Assembly (NCBI GenBank): GCA_963714275.1
Contig: CAVQNT010000002.1
Span: 512,001 to 576,000 of the forward strand
Source of the DNA: Candidatus Bathyarchaeota archaeon
Lineage (GTDB): Archaea > Thermoproteota > Bathyarchaeia > Bathyarchaeales > DTEX01
DNA: 64,000 bases
Direction: 5' to 3'
The notes beneath the pieces were generated by a model. That model worked only from the letters and a program-made list of their open reading frames with translations, had not been told where the DNA came from and made no database searches. Below, one piece after another: positions 63,041-64,000 of the stretch (position 1 is its first letter; each line of letters begins with the position of its first letter). The position numbers and the translations under genes are program-made.

Positions 63041-64000
63041 CTAAGGAACCCTCAAAACTAGGATTTCGAGGATGGTTAACAGGCTAATTAAGTAAAGGGT
63101 AAGTAGGACGAAGCCCTCTCGGCCCCCAAGTTTGCCATTGTCTAAGAAGTACCATAACAAGAGGTTTGAAACAACGCTGAATAGAATGAGGTCTGAGAGA
63201 ACAAGAAGGTTCACTCTAAACGGCGTAAAAGTTAACAGTAGACCCATGATAAGTGTCGAATTTAAGAAACAGCTTCCAACGATGTCGCCCATTGCAATTT
63301 CAAAGTGTCCCCTATAGGCAGCTCTAACATCTACGATAAATTCAGGCAAGCTGGTTCCAAAAGCCACCAGTGTAGCACCAATAATTGAAGATGCGATTCC
63401 CAAGTAGGATGCAATGTCTATCGCTGAATCAATTGTTAGCCTCGCACCAATTATGATGCCTGCTATCCCAGCTGTGAGGAGCACTAGGTCCTTTTTTATT
63501 CTTCCATCACTAGTGTTACTAGATGCAGTGTCTTCTTTTTCTTTGCTCTTACGAATCAATATGTAGGAGTACCCAAAAAATACGCACAACAGAAGCACGC
63601 CTATGAGTCTGCTGATATATTGCAGATAGAGAAGTGTCAGAAGCACTATTGAAATAACCATCAATCCGGTTGTATATTCTTTCTTGTCTTCTTCCTTGAT
63701 GATAATTTGCCTTTTATGAGAAACTAGGGTGGCAACAATAAGGCTTGCACCAATAACAAGAGCAATGTTAGTTATGTTGGATCCGAGAATGTCTCCAAGC
63801 GAAACAGACATGTTTCCAACGACTATCGAGTTGACAGCAACGGATAACTCGGGCAACGATGTTGCGAAGGCTATTAAAAGAAAACTCAAAACAGATTTTC
63901 TCAATCTTCGCTTCTCAGATATGGCAATTATGCTAGATATGACTATGCCACTTGCACCACCAAGCAATGCCAGCCCAATCGCCAGCAATAGGGGAGATAA
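63041..64000 (-). CDS. Na+/Ca2+ antiporter (CaCA family), probably 5' truncated
   Basis: Two alpha-repeats: ATSLPE...GDILGSN and GTSLPE...GDIVGS. Confidence 0.9.
   Translation of the reverse strand, partial: LSPLLLAIGLALLGGASGIVISSIIAISEKRRLRKSVLSFLLIAFATSLPELSVAVNSIVVGNMSVSLGDILGSNITNIALVIGASLIVATLVSHKRQIIIKEEDKKEYTTGLMVISIVLLTLLYLQYISRLIGVLLLCVFFGYSYILIRKSKEKEDTASSNTSDGRIKKDLVLLTAGIAGIIIGARLTIDSAIDIASYLGIASSIIGATLVAFGTSLPEFIVDVRAAYRGHFEIAMGDIVGSCFLNSTLIMGLLLTFTPFRVNLLVLSDLILFSVVSNLLLWYFLDNGKLGGREGFVLLTLYLISLLTILEILVLRVP

Overview
Archaeal chromosome segment, most consistent with Bathyarchaeia/TACK (eS26, Alba, short XPF, archaeal ThrS, type-A RNase P RNA, tRNA with a non-canonical intron); the taxonomic call is inference. 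Bases 1-45.6 kb are mostly housekeeping and sugar or amino-acid metabolism genes, plus rnpB and tRNA-Pro(CGG), tRNA-Val(GAC) and tRNA-Leu(TAA). From the 3' end of tRNA-Leu (45.8 kb) an integrative element begins: a Zn-ribbon tyrosine integrase, a hidden 86-aa gene, a palindromic 29-bp repeat array, and ion-transport cargo. Its right end was not found. Many genes are broken by single-base indels or in-frame stops, and most breaks sit in or next to AGCT. This points to base-calling error at a methylated AGCT motif rather than real pseudogenes. The top candidate for a new system is a ~744-aa fusion of ArsR-type wHTH, ATP-cone and class III ribonucleotide reductase barrel that has lost both active-site cysteines and the glycyl-radical glycine, i.e. 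a probable nucleotide-sensing transcription factor built from a dead NrdD. All calls are by eye, with no database searches.
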